DNA from: Candidatus Spongiisociaceae bacterium
Lineage (GTDB): Bacteria > Actinomycetota > Acidimicrobiia > Spongiisociales > Spongiisociaceae
Assembly: GCA_965262915.1 (NCBI GenBank)
Contig: OZ253564.1
Coordinates: forward strand, 1,088,001 to 1,152,000
Reading direction: 5' to 3'
Length of the DNA stretch: 64,000 nucleotides
In this document: piece after piece, positions 52,131-61,601 of the stretch
Position numbering within the stretch: position 1 is the stretch's first letter
Layout of the letters: each line of letters begins with the position of its first letter
Made by a program: the position numbers and the translations under genes
Notes under the pieces: model-generated
Seen by the model: the letters and a program-made list of their open reading frames with translations, nothing else
The model's database searches: none
Told to the model about the DNA's origin: nothing

Positions 52131-53282
52131 ATGAATGAGAGGATGCAAGTGGCTGCCGCAGACCGGACGACGAAGACCAACCACACAGAACTGCACATGT
52201 GGCGCGAGATCCACAGCCAACCCGAGGTGGCGGCACTGAATCTCGGCAACGAGGGTGGACGCTTCGAACGAGCGGCAACGTGGATCGCTGAGCAGGGCCC
52301 GCAGCGGCTCCACTTCGTGGGATGCGGCGATTCGCGGTTCACCGGGATGGTGGGTCGCTACGCGATGTCCCGGTGGGCAGGAATACCGTCGGTCACACAT
52401 CAATCGTTCGACGCTCTCGCCTATCTGCTGGACGAGATGAGCGGAGGGATCCTCCTGTCGTATTCCAACTCCGGAGAGTCGCAGACGACCGTGGACTGTG
52501 CCGAAGCGGCCGCCACCCGCGGTATCCCGGTCCTCGCGGTCGCCGGCCAGGAAGGATCGCGGCTGGCGCGACTGGCGGATCACGTCCTGTTCACCACCCT
52601 GCCCGCAGCACCGGTCGCGGCGTCACATACCACGAGTCACACCGCCATGATCGCATCGACCCTGGGGCTCGCTGCCCGCGTCGCCGCGATCCGATCCAAG
52701 GACACCACCTCGATCGACCGGGCGATCGCGAGTGCGCCTGCTGCGATGCGTGACACCATAGAGATGACGGGACCGAGAGCTCAGGACACAGCAGCGCGGC
52801 ACAGGTCCGAGGATCGCTGGGTACTGCTCGGTGCCGGTCCGCATCATTCAACCGCTCTCGCGGGCGCTGCGAAACTTTACGAGACAGGCTACGTACCGGC
52901 GATCTGCGAGGAACTCGAGGAGTACGCACACGAGCAGATGTTCGTGCTCGAACCAGGGGACCCGGTTCTGGTAGTGACATCGCGAGGGGCATCGCACCGA
53001 AGGGCAGTGGAGATCGCAGATGGTGTCTCCGACCTGGCGGGCGACCCGGTCATCGTGTCGGAACTCGAGGCCTCGGACGTCGGTGGTCATCAAGTACTTC
53101 CGGTCGCACCGCTAGCAGAACCCGTCGAGGAGGTAGCCGCGTTGACCCATCTCATGCCCCTACAGCTTTACGCGCTCCACCTGGCGCTTGCTAGGGGACA
53201 GGATCCAGACCGAGTCAGGTATTTCGCTGTGAACATGCGCCTGATCGGCCAGGGCAAGACGACCCAGGACGCTGATCGGTAG
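52131..53282 (+). CDS. Double SIS domain sugar-phosphate isomerase/deaminase/deglycase
   Basis: EIHSQP, GCGDS, SNSGES, KLYE, EEYAH; start uncertain. Confidence 0.88.
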   Translation: MNERMQVAAADRTTKTNHTELHMWREIHSQPEVAALNLGNEGGRFERAATWIAEQGPQRLHFVGCGDSRFTGMVGRYAMSRWAGIPSVTHQSFDALAYLLDEMSGGILLSYSNSGESQTTVDCAEAAATRGIPVLAVAGQEGSRLARLADHVLFTTLPAAPVAASHTTSHTAMIASTLGLAARVAAIRSKDTTSIDRAIASAPAAMRDTIEMTGPRAQDTAARHRSEDRWVLLGAGPHHSTALAGAAKLYETGYVPAICEELEEYAHEQMFVLEPGDPVLVVTSRGASHRRAVEIADGVSDLAGDPVIVSELEASDVGGHQVLPVAPLAEPVEEVAALTHLMPLQLYALHLALARGQDPDRVRYFAVNMRLIGQGKTTQDADR

Positions 53283-53510
53283 GTGTGTTCGGAAGACCCG
53301 TTTTAGACAATCAAGCTGGTCGTACGAGATTTCGTGGGATCGGGCGCCGGTTTTTTTGCGCAGTTGCAGAAGGTTTCGGGTGGCGACTGCCTGGAAGGTT
53401 TCGTCTCACACGTACCGTACCGGGACCTCGCATGACCACAGACGGAGAACACCGAGTTTCCTAGTAGATCCTTGCGTCTAACCAAGGAGGGTTCTTCGTC
53501 AAGCACCCGG

Positions 53511-54442
53511 TCAGTCGTTGATGGGATCTTCGGCGTTCAATCGGTGGTGGCGTCTGGCGTAATCCGGGGAGATGTGGCCGTCCGCCAGGTCGGCTAGGAC
53601 TGCTTGGGGGTCGCGATCTAGGGGATCGCCGTATCCGCCGCCGCCGCCCGTGTAGCAGCGGACGGTGTCTCCATTGCGGAGGGGCATGCGGTTGGTCTTG
53701 AGGCGACGGATCTCGTCGGGGGTTCCGGGGTTGATGATGACTTCGGGGGGTGCTCCGCCCTTGCCGCCGAAGAGCCCCCAGGCGGGGTTGCCGGAGCGTT
53801 CGAACCAGAGGCTCATCTCGGTGTCGGTGGTCATCTGGTATTCGCGGATGATTCCGTTGCCTCCTCGCCATTGGCCGGGTCCGGCGGAGTCCTGGCGGTA
53901 GCTGTAGTCGGTGGTCCGGGCGGGGAATTTGGATTCGAACACTTCGATGGGCATGTTCTGGAAGTTGCCGGACCAGGGTCCAGATCATGCCGTCTTCGCC
54001 GTCGCAGCCTTGTGAGGAACCCTATCCGCCTACGTGGGACTCGTTGTCGAGGAAGAGTTCATCGGTGCGGGGGTTGATCCGGTGAACTGGAACACCATGC
54101 CGTCGCCGTAGTGGGCGGCGGGGACGGTGTCGGGCAGGGAGGGGGAGAGGGCCGAGCAGATCAGGTCGATCATCAGACCGAGTGGGGTGAAGTAGAACTG
54201 GCAGGTTGCAGGGGAACGGGCTGCCAGTATCGACCCGGGTCGGGTTCGCACCTCCAGGGGCCGGAAGGCGCCTCCGTTGACGGGTTGGTGTGAGCTGAAG
54301 AGGTATTTGAAGGCCAGGCGGCAGGCCGACAGTGTCTGGACGGCTCCACAGTTGATGGGACCCTGGCCCGGGCCGTCGGTGTCGCTGAGGTCGAAGATCA
54401 GGCGTTCGCCTTCCACGGTGATCTTCACGCGAATCCGACGGG
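53511..54442 (-). pseudogene. Hydantoinase B 3' half, copy E
   Basis: RIRVKITVEGE through the stop codon (..EDPIND*); frameshifts near 53955-54075. Confidence 0.9.
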
Positions 54443-54640
54443 CTCCTGCGGCGCTTGGCCGGGCACCCCCGTAGGTCACGAAACCGTGGGCGACAAGTCC
54501 CGGGGGCTAAGACTCAGAGGTAGTCGTGACTTGAGAGGGCTGCGCTCTCAAGCGCAAGAATTTGCACACTACTGACGTATTACGAACCTTCTTGACCCAA
54601 GATGGATCGAAACCGCTCCTATACGGCTCGGAGGCCTCCT

Positions 54641-55912
54641 ATGCTGCTCGGGTTCCAGGTCACGAACCACCGCTCGTTCCTCGGACAAACGGACTTCTCG
54701 ATGATGGCCGTGGATAAGGATCGGTCGGCGACACGCTGCTTCGAGCGTCTCTCGGAACCGGTGCTGACCGTTTCTGGGATCTACGGCCCCAACGCTTCGG
54801 GGAAGTCTAATTTTCTATATGCCATTACATGGTTATCGAACGCTGTCAGGAGATCTCTTCGAGGCTGGGACGAGTTCATCCCCCGGGATCCCCACTTGAT
54901 AGGCGAGGGTCCGGCTAGGCCGTCGGTCTTCGATATGGCGATCGTTGTCGACGGGGTTGAGTATGAGTACCGGCTCGTGGTTGACGACTCAGCGGTGCTG
55001 TACGAAAGCCTTCATGGCTATCCCGAGCGGAGGAGACGAAGGTTGTTCGAGCGAGACAAGGACGAAATCGAGTTTCGACGCGGCTTGGGTGGTGCTCGTG
55101 GAGTAGACAGTGTCCTTACGTCGACCACGTTGGCGCTGTCCGCTGCCATGCGCTTCCGGATGCCCGATGTTGGCAGCGTAGGACGCGCTATCGCAGGAAT
55201 CCGTGCCGTCGGGATTAGATGGCCTGTGGCGGGTTTCAACCCCTACTTGGACTCGACACAGCGCCTGTTCGCTGGGGAAAGCGAAGGCCGTCAGTTGACC
55301 CTTGTCGACATGCCCACAGACCGAGACGTAGCCTTGGACTTGCTGCGCTGGGCCGATCCCGCAATCTCGGATGTGGAGTTTATCGAACGGGGCGAGAACG
55401 AGGACCAACCGGCTCGGGGTTCCGCCCGTCCGTCGCGTCGTCAGTTGCAGTTCGTTCGCCGAGTTGCCGATGCGGAGTACTCTCTGGGCTTCCGTGAGGA
55501 ATCTGCAGGGACGAAGACTTGGTTCCGACTATTGGGACCAGCTCTCGGAGCCCTTGGGAGAGGTCAGGTTCTGTTGTTTGACGAAATCGACGCAAGCCTC
55601 CATCCCCGGCTCTCTAGTCAGTTGATCCAGCTCTTCCAAGACCCCGCGTCCAATCCTCGCAATGCTCAACTGGTCTTCACGACTCACGATACGTCACTGC
55701 TCAACGTTTTGAATCGCGACGAGGTTTGGCTGACAGAGAAGAGATCCGACGGGTCATCGGAACTCGTCGCGCTTGCAGAGTATGGATCTGAGAAGATACG
55801 GAAGTCGTTGAATCTTGAGAGGGCCTATCTACAGGGTCGGTTCGGAGCTATTCCCGAACCCGACCAAATCGTGATCCGCCACGCCCTCGGGCTCGCTCTT
55901 GGAGAAAGGTGA
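54641..55912 (+). CDS. RloA-like AAA_21 ATPase
   Basis: NHRSF, GPNASGKSN, ESAGT, DEIDASLHP, TTHD, YLQGRFGAIP. Confidence 0.9.
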   Translation: MLLGFQVTNHRSFLGQTDFSMMAVDKDRSATRCFERLSEPVLTVSGIYGPNASGKSNFLYAITWLSNAVRRSLRGWDEFIPRDPHLIGEGPARPSVFDMAIVVDGVEYEYRLVVDDSAVLYESLHGYPERRRRRLFERDKDEIEFRRGLGGARGVDSVLTSTTLALSAAMRFRMPDVGSVGRAIAGIRAVGIRWPVAGFNPYLDSTQRLFAGESEGRQLTLVDMPTDRDVALDLLRWADPAISDVEFIERGENEDQPARGSARPSRRQLQFVRRVADAEYSLGFREESAGTKTWFRLLGPALGALGRGQVLLFDEIDASLHPRLSSQLIQLFQDPASNPRNAQLVFTTHDTSLLNVLNRDEVWLTEKRSDGSSELVALAEYGSEKIRKSLNLERAYLQGRFGAIPEPDQIVIRHALGLALGER

Positions 55913-56310
55913 TGGCGAGATCTCGACAACGGGTACACAGGAGACGAAGACCTCGTAAAGTCGGCGTTCGTGTTCCACGAAAGACTTACCTCGTGTTCTG
56001 CGAGGGTGCGAGAACGGAGCCCGAATATATCAAAGCGCTCAAGCAAGAACCTGAGGTTCGTGCGCGTGCCTCCGTCCGGATCGGCAAGGACACAATCGGT
56101 ATCGCGCCTCCCTTGACCCTGGTTAGAGCGGCAGTCAAAGCCATCGATCGTGCCGAGGAGGAAAAGGCCGAAATCGATGAGGTTTGGTGCTTGTTCGATG
56201 TTGAGTGGCCCCACAATCACCCCAAACTGGCTCATCGCGTTTCAGTGGGGAGTGACGGTCGCGAGTAGGCCCCAGTTGGGTTTCCCGGCTCTTCGATGCT
56301 CCTATGGTTG

Positions 56311-57540
56311 TCAAATCGATGATGGGGCGGTTTGGTGGGTGTGCAGCCAGTTCTGGTATCGGGTGGCGAGGTGGTGGTTGTGGTCTCGGCCGTGTTCGAG
56401 TGCTGAGATGCGATTGGGGTGGGTTCCGACGGCTTGGGCGGTCTGGGTGAGGGTGATGCCGCGTTGTTGGCGTCGGGTGCGTAGGCGGGCGCAGTTCGGG
56501 GTTGGGTGCGGGTTGGTGAGGAGCCGGTAGATTTCTCGGGCGATGTGCCGCTTGAGGCAGCGGATGATCTCCTTTTTCTTCTTGCCCTCGGCCTTGCGTC
56601 GTGCCACGTAGGCTTTGGTGGCGGCGTCGGTGCGCATCCGGGTGGTAGCGATCCGCCATAGCGCGTTGTTGGCTTGGCGGTTGCCGCCCCGGTTGAGACG
56701 ATGCCGAAGGGTTCGTCCTGATGACGCCTGGACGGGGCTGGCGCCGCACAGCGCCGCGAAAGACCGTTCCGATTTCATTCGCTTGGGGTTGTCGCCGGCG
56801 GCGACCAACAACGCGGCGGCTGTGTCAGGACCGACACCTTCTGTGGCCAGCAGGGCCGGGTTGGCCTGGGCGCAGAGACGCCGGATCTCGGCTTCGAGTT
56901 GGGCGATCTCTACGTCGAGGGCCTGATACCGGCGGGCCAAATGCTGTAGGGCACGCTTCGCATACGCGGTGGTGGTGTGGTCTGTGCCGGGTCGGAACCG
57001 GGCACAGGTTTTGACCCGTGCTTTGAGATTCATGCCCTTTAGCTGGTGTTTTAGCGGCTCGGGAGCTGTTACGACCAGCGCATGTATCTGGTTAGCGGCC
57101 TGGGTGCGGGCCTTGACCGCGGAGCGGCGCACCACCCACAGCATCCGTATGCACTCGACCGGGCCCACACCGGACTTGGGAACCGCGGTTGCTTCGCCCG
57201 AGGCAGCTGCCCGAGCTGCCGCCTCGGCGTCGACGCTGTCGGTCTTGCCGCCCTTCTGGCGGCGTAGTTGGCGGTTGGGGCGGTTGACCTCCACCACCTC
57301 GATGTTCATCTCGGTCAGGTAACGGGCCAGGCCGGCGCCGTAACTACCCGTTCCTTCCACCCCAACCCGAACCAACTGTCCCCGCGACTCGAACCAGGTG
57401 ACCATTCGCCGATAACCGGATTCCTCCACCGCGAAAGACTCCGATCCCAGTACCCGCCCGACGCCATCCACCACCGCTGCTACGTGGACGTCCCGATGGG
57501 TGTCAACCCCACCGTAGATAATCTGGTCTGCTTCTCCCAT
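56311..57540 (-). CDS. IS110 DEDD recombinase with C-terminal HTH_XRE-like extension
   Basis: GVDTH, EGTGSYG, KTDSVDA, SSG, GGNRQAN; tail LRTRRQQRGITLTQTAQAVG...ISALEHG. Confidence 0.93.
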   Translation of the reverse strand: MGEADQIIYGGVDTHRDVHVAAVVDGVGRVLGSESFAVEESGYRRMVTWFESRGQLVRVGVEGTGSYGAGLARYLTEMNIEVVEVNRPNRQLRRQKGGKTDSVDAEAAARAAASGEATAVPKSGVGPVECIRMLWVVRRSAVKARTQAANQIHALVVTAPEPLKHQLKGMNLKARVKTCARFRPGTDHTTTAYAKRALQHLARRYQALDVEIAQLEAEIRRLCAQANPALLATEGVGPDTAAALLVAAGDNPKRMKSERSFAALCGASPVQASSGRTLRHRLNRGGNRQANNALWRIATTRMRTDAATKAYVARRKAEGKKKKEIIRCLKRHIAREIYRLLTNPHPTPNCARLRTRRQQRGITLTQTAQAVGTHPNRISALEHGRDHNHHLATRYQNWLHTHQTAPSSI

Positions 57541-57559
57541 GATGCTCTTCTCCTCTAGG

Positions 57560-57755
57560 GGATAGAATCATTTCCGATCCCCGGACCCGTGTGCGGTTGG
57601 ACAGGCCACTCACGGTGGAGAAGTTGAAGGCTCCTATTAGGTCACATCCGCCCCGGGTCAGGGGGTTACGCCCCAGGCCGGGAACGGGCCGACAGATCGA
57701 TGAAAAGGCACAAGGCCAGATTTCAGTTGGGTCAGACCCGCCCTAGCCCAGGAAC
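57560..57755 (-). ncRNA. Putative IS110 bridge RNA
   Basis: Two loops carrying guide matches to target and donor sequences (see findings); ends approximate. Confidence 0.75.
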
Positions 57756-59565
57756 CCTCCAATTATGAGTGGATTTCAGTGGGGAGTGACCGATGCGAGG
57801 AGGTCCCAGTTGGGTTTCCCGGCGTAGAGAAGGGCGCGGATTCGGTAGTTCGCGAAGTTGGGTAACCCGAACGCTGCTCGTTTGATCCGCTTTATGAGGT
57901 TGTTGAGGGCTTCGGTGGCATCTGTTGGTTACCTTCGAGATGTGCCAGTTGGTGATCTGGGGGGTCCAGCGGGCGATGGTGCGACCCAGCTTGTTGATCT
58001 CGGGTGGGCAGGATTCGTCCTGGAGGTCGTCCGCGAGCCCGACGGTGTACCGGAGAGCAAGGACCGGACTTTCGATCCCGTAGATGCCCCGTACCGTTTC
58101 GGTCGCGTGCCAGGCTGTGCGTACCTCCCCGTGGGGGTCACCGGCGTCCAAAAGACCACGCAGCCGTGTTTGACCGCGGTCGCTGATCCTCTCATGCGCG
58201 GCGGTGAGGAGGCGGCGTATCCGATACAGCGGGTCATCCTTGCGGCCTCTGTGTCCCAGGGTTTCGTTTTGGACTCTTCGTCGTAGGTCGTCGAGACGCT
58301 GGTTGGCGAGGCGGCTGACACCGAACGGGTCCGCTACCCCGGGGGCGTGGGGCAGCACCCTGTCATACGCCTTCCGATACGAACCGGACATGACCCGACA
58401 CCGCCCAGCGGATAGCCTCACACCATTCGGTGGGCTGCGCCCGGAACCAGGCTGCGGCGCTTTCTGCCGTTCTACCACCGACTATGTCGAACCGGCTGGT
58501 GGCCTCCCACGTCGACGACAGAGGTGCACCAGACCTTGGTACGCCACCGGCCTTTCCGCCAGAACAACGCTTCTTGTCGATGCCCACAGCTTGGACCTCG
58601 CCTATCCGGTCGGTGTCGGCCCCCAGGAGGGCTTCGCCCCAGCGGCCGACCTCGTTGTTCACCGTATGCCACCCACAACCAAGCTCTGCGGCGACCTCGT
58701 CGACCGGGCGACCCCGCCCACCCACCCCGATGGTCACCCACCTCGCCGCTCGGGATGTCAACAACGCCCGTTGGGGACCAATCGTGGGGTCTTGCTCGAT
58801 GAACGATCTGAGCGCACAGTCGGTGTTCGGACATGTCCAACGGCGTTTCCGCCACCGCAGCCGAACCGGACGGCCGAACGCCGGTAAATCCACCAACACC
58901 ACCGTCCGCTCACCCTTGGACCACACCGGGCCACCACAGGCCTCACAGGACGGCCGGGGCTTGCGGGACCCGATCACCACCCCAAGCGGTGCACCCTCGC
59001 CCGAGTCGTTGATCCCTACCAGGTCAACGTCGCCTAGGCCTACCAACTTCTCGCACATGCGCGCAGGGATCAGCTTCCACAGGGGTCCTCCTGCCTCGGA
59101 TGTCGCTTATCAACAGCCGATTATGGAGGACCCCTCCTCACTTCTGGTGGATTCCGATCCCCCCTGGCAGATCCCCTACTCCCCACCCATTCGCGAAGAG
59201 CCCCCAAACTCGACCAGACCGTGGCTCTCGCCAAGAGGAAGAATGTACAGATTGCTGTATCGAATCCAAGCTTCGAGTTATGGCTCGCTCTTCATTTTCG
59301 AGACTGTCCAGGATGGCTAGACACCAAAGCCGCGGAGAGGCTACGCAAGAGTCATGACGGCAGTACAGACAAGGGCGTGAATGGGGCAATGTACATGCGG
59401 ATGCGACTGATCGGGCTCTTGGTCTAGCAGAGAAGCACGAGAAACAGGGAACACGGTTTCCACACGACAACCCATCATCAGGTATGTACTTCCTCCTCCA
59501 AGCAGTCGACCCCACCATTACGTGAAACCCTGAGCTTCCCGGAGAGTGGCTTGGTTTGGGCTCGG

Positions 59566-60201
59566 TCAGTCTTCGGCCAGGTCTTGGGAACTCAGTCGGT
59601 GGTGGCGTCTAGCGTAGTTGGGGGAGATGTGGCTGTCGGCTAGGACGGCTTTGGGGTCGCGTTCTAGGGGATTGCCGTATCCGCCGCCGCCGGTGTAGCA
59701 GCGGACGGTGTCTCCTTTGCGGAGGGGCATGCGGTTGGTCTTGAGGCGGCGGATCTCGTTGGGGGTTCCGGGGTTGATGATCACTTCGGGGGGTGCTCCG
59801 CCTTGGCCGGCGAAGAGGCCCCAGGCGGGGTTGGCGGAGCGTTCGAACAGAGGCTCATCTCGCTGTCGGTGGTCATCTGGTATTCGCGGATGATGCCGTT
59901 TCCTCCCCGCCATTGGCCAGGTCCGGCCGGTAGCTGTAGTCGGTGGTCCGGGCGGGGAATTTGGATTCGAACACTTCGATGGGCATGTCGTGGAAATTGC
60001 CGGACAGGGTCCAGATCATGCCGTTCTCCCCGTCGCGGCCTTGTAATGCTCCCCATCCGCCTACGTGGGGCTCGTTGTCGAGGAACAGTTCGTTGGTGCG
60101 GGGGTTGATGCCCGTGAACTGGAAGACCATGCCGTCGCCGTAGTGGGCGGCGGGGACGGTGTCGGGCAGGGCGGGGGAGAGGGCCGAGCAGATCAGGTCG
60201 A
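59566..60201 (-). pseudogene. Hydantoinase B 3' fragment, copy F
   Basis: DLICSALSP through the stop codon (..QDLAED*); small deletions. Confidence 0.9.
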
Positions 60202-60205
60202 ATCA

Positions 60206-60340
60206 TCCAACACACGGAACAATCTCATCAGACGAATCAAACGAGCAGCCTTCGGGTTCCGCAACCTCGCGAATTATCGAATCCGGGCAATCCTCTGCGT
60301 CGGGAACCTCAACAGGGATCTGCTGGCGGCCGTCACTCTC
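60206..60340 (+). mobile_element. ISL3 transposase C-terminal remnant
   Basis: NNLIRRIKRAAFGFRNLANYRIRAIL. Confidence 0.8.
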
Positions 60341-60547
60341 GACGGCGCCGGAACTCACGACATAGTCATCGGCGCTCTGCCGTCCCACCTCGGAGATCCC
60401 CAATGCCCTGTAGGCAAATACCCGGTGTCGGGTATTTGGGTTTGGGCGTGTTCGTCCCTCGAGCAGGTGCATCACGTCAGGTGCTGGTCGCTTCAGGTCC
60501 GGAATGGGGTGTATCTTGGGGGAGGGGGTATCGGTCGGCTACCGGAC

Positions 60548-61189
60548 CTATGGGCGACCGAACGTGTCAAAACCGGGGGATGATTCACGGTTGGCGCGAA
60601 GGGCTTCCACGTCGGCCAGATCTTGCAAGCGGCCAGCAGCCAGCTTGTTGTGTTCCAGGTCTTCCAAGCCGATGAAGGGAACCGCCAGCGAGTCCAGCCG
60701 TATCTCGACTCGCCGCTCCCAGCACCCCTCGAAGTCGACTCCGGCGATGCTGGTCAAGATGTCGATCCGGTTCGGGGGATACCCTAGTTGGACCACATGG
60801 CCCTCGACAGCGAAGTCCTCCGCCGACAGTCCGAGTGATCCGAAGCCGAACTCGTCCAACACCGCGGCTGTCCGGGCGGCGTTCTCGGGATCTACCCAAA
60901 CCCAGATGTCCAGATCCTTGGTTAAGCGGGGATGGCCGTGCGCTGCCACCGCGTATCCACCGACCACTAGGAAACGCACTCCGTGCTCGGCGCACAGCGA
61001 GACGAAATCGTGCATTTCCTTTCCCAGCCGCATCAGCCCCCCGTGGTCGCTGTCCGGACCGTAGTAATACCCTTGTAGCTCCCGAACATGAGCGACCCGC
61101 TCCCCCGGGGGGCGAGACAGCCAGAATCCGGCATCAGGGTCGGGATCGCCCAGCCGGATGGTGGTCGCTACCTTCGCAATCCCAGCCAT
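60548..61189 (-). CDS. Nucleotidyltransferase with in-frame 53-aa N-terminal module
   Basis: GGYAVAAHGHPRLTKDLD, K.AAGR.QDLAD; internal ATG at 61033. Confidence 0.85.
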   Translation of the reverse strand: MAGIAKVATTIRLGDPDPDAGFWLSRPPGERVAHVRELQGYYYGPDSDHGGLMRLGKEMHDFVSLCAEHGVRFLVVGGYAVAAHGHPRLTKDLDIWVWVDPENAARTAAVLDEFGFGSLGLSAEDFAVEGHVVQLGYPPNRIDILTSIAGVDFEGCWERRVEIRLDSLAVPFIGLEDLEHNKLAAGRLQDLADVEALRANRESSPGFDTFGRP

Positions 61190-61375
61190 GCGAACACCGT
61201 TTCCCCGTTCCGAACTCCGCCATGGTACCAGCAGACGGGTATCTCCAAGGGGTGACGGCCGGTTGGCTGCAGGATGGGTACGGCCCAGTCAGGCGGTACG
61301 AGTGGGTGTGCTCGTGTGATCGCCACTTCACCTGATCCGGGGGTCTGCGCATTGCCGATTGGTGATGAGGAGTGT

Positions 61376-61572
61376 GTGACCATAATGGCGGGGTGACGAG
61401 TTCGGCATCTCCTCGACGGAACGCGTGGTGTCGGACGGGGATTTCGGGAGAGAGTGTCTGCGGCTCATTGAGGGGTGGAGGGCTCTGGAACGGTGATAGT
61501 TGTTACCAAGCACCGCCGGCCGGTCGTGAGGGTGGGACCATTCCGCGGGGAGGCGCCCAAGCTGGTCGGATC
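61376..61572 (+). pseudogene. Degenerate third Phd antitoxin copy with its promoter
   Basis: tgaccataat plus a frameshifted match to 26309-26490. Confidence 0.75.
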
Positions 61573-61601
61573 CTCACAGCCCCGCGAGAGGACAGACAGG
61601 G

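Larger units (their letters stand above)
56295..57770 (-). mobile_element. IS110 family element inserted in an ISL3 terminal repeat
   Basis: Flanks rejoin as GGCTCTTC+GGATTTCAGTGGGGAGT; boundaries uncertain by 1-2 nt. Confidence 0.9.
56229..59202 (-). mobile_element. Composite ISL3 insertion with frameshifted transposase (57776-59083)
   Basis: Ends GGCTCATCGCG / CGCGAAGAGCC; 8-bp duplication CCCAAACT at 56221-56228 and 59203-59210; similar to 30264-31696. Confidence 0.92.
55909..59525 (+). pseudogene. RloB family gene split by nested IS elements
   Basis: CEG..TE..Y and FDVE in 55909-56228; SNPSFELWL and NPSS in 59211-59525; extra frameshift near 59410. Confidence 0.88.
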
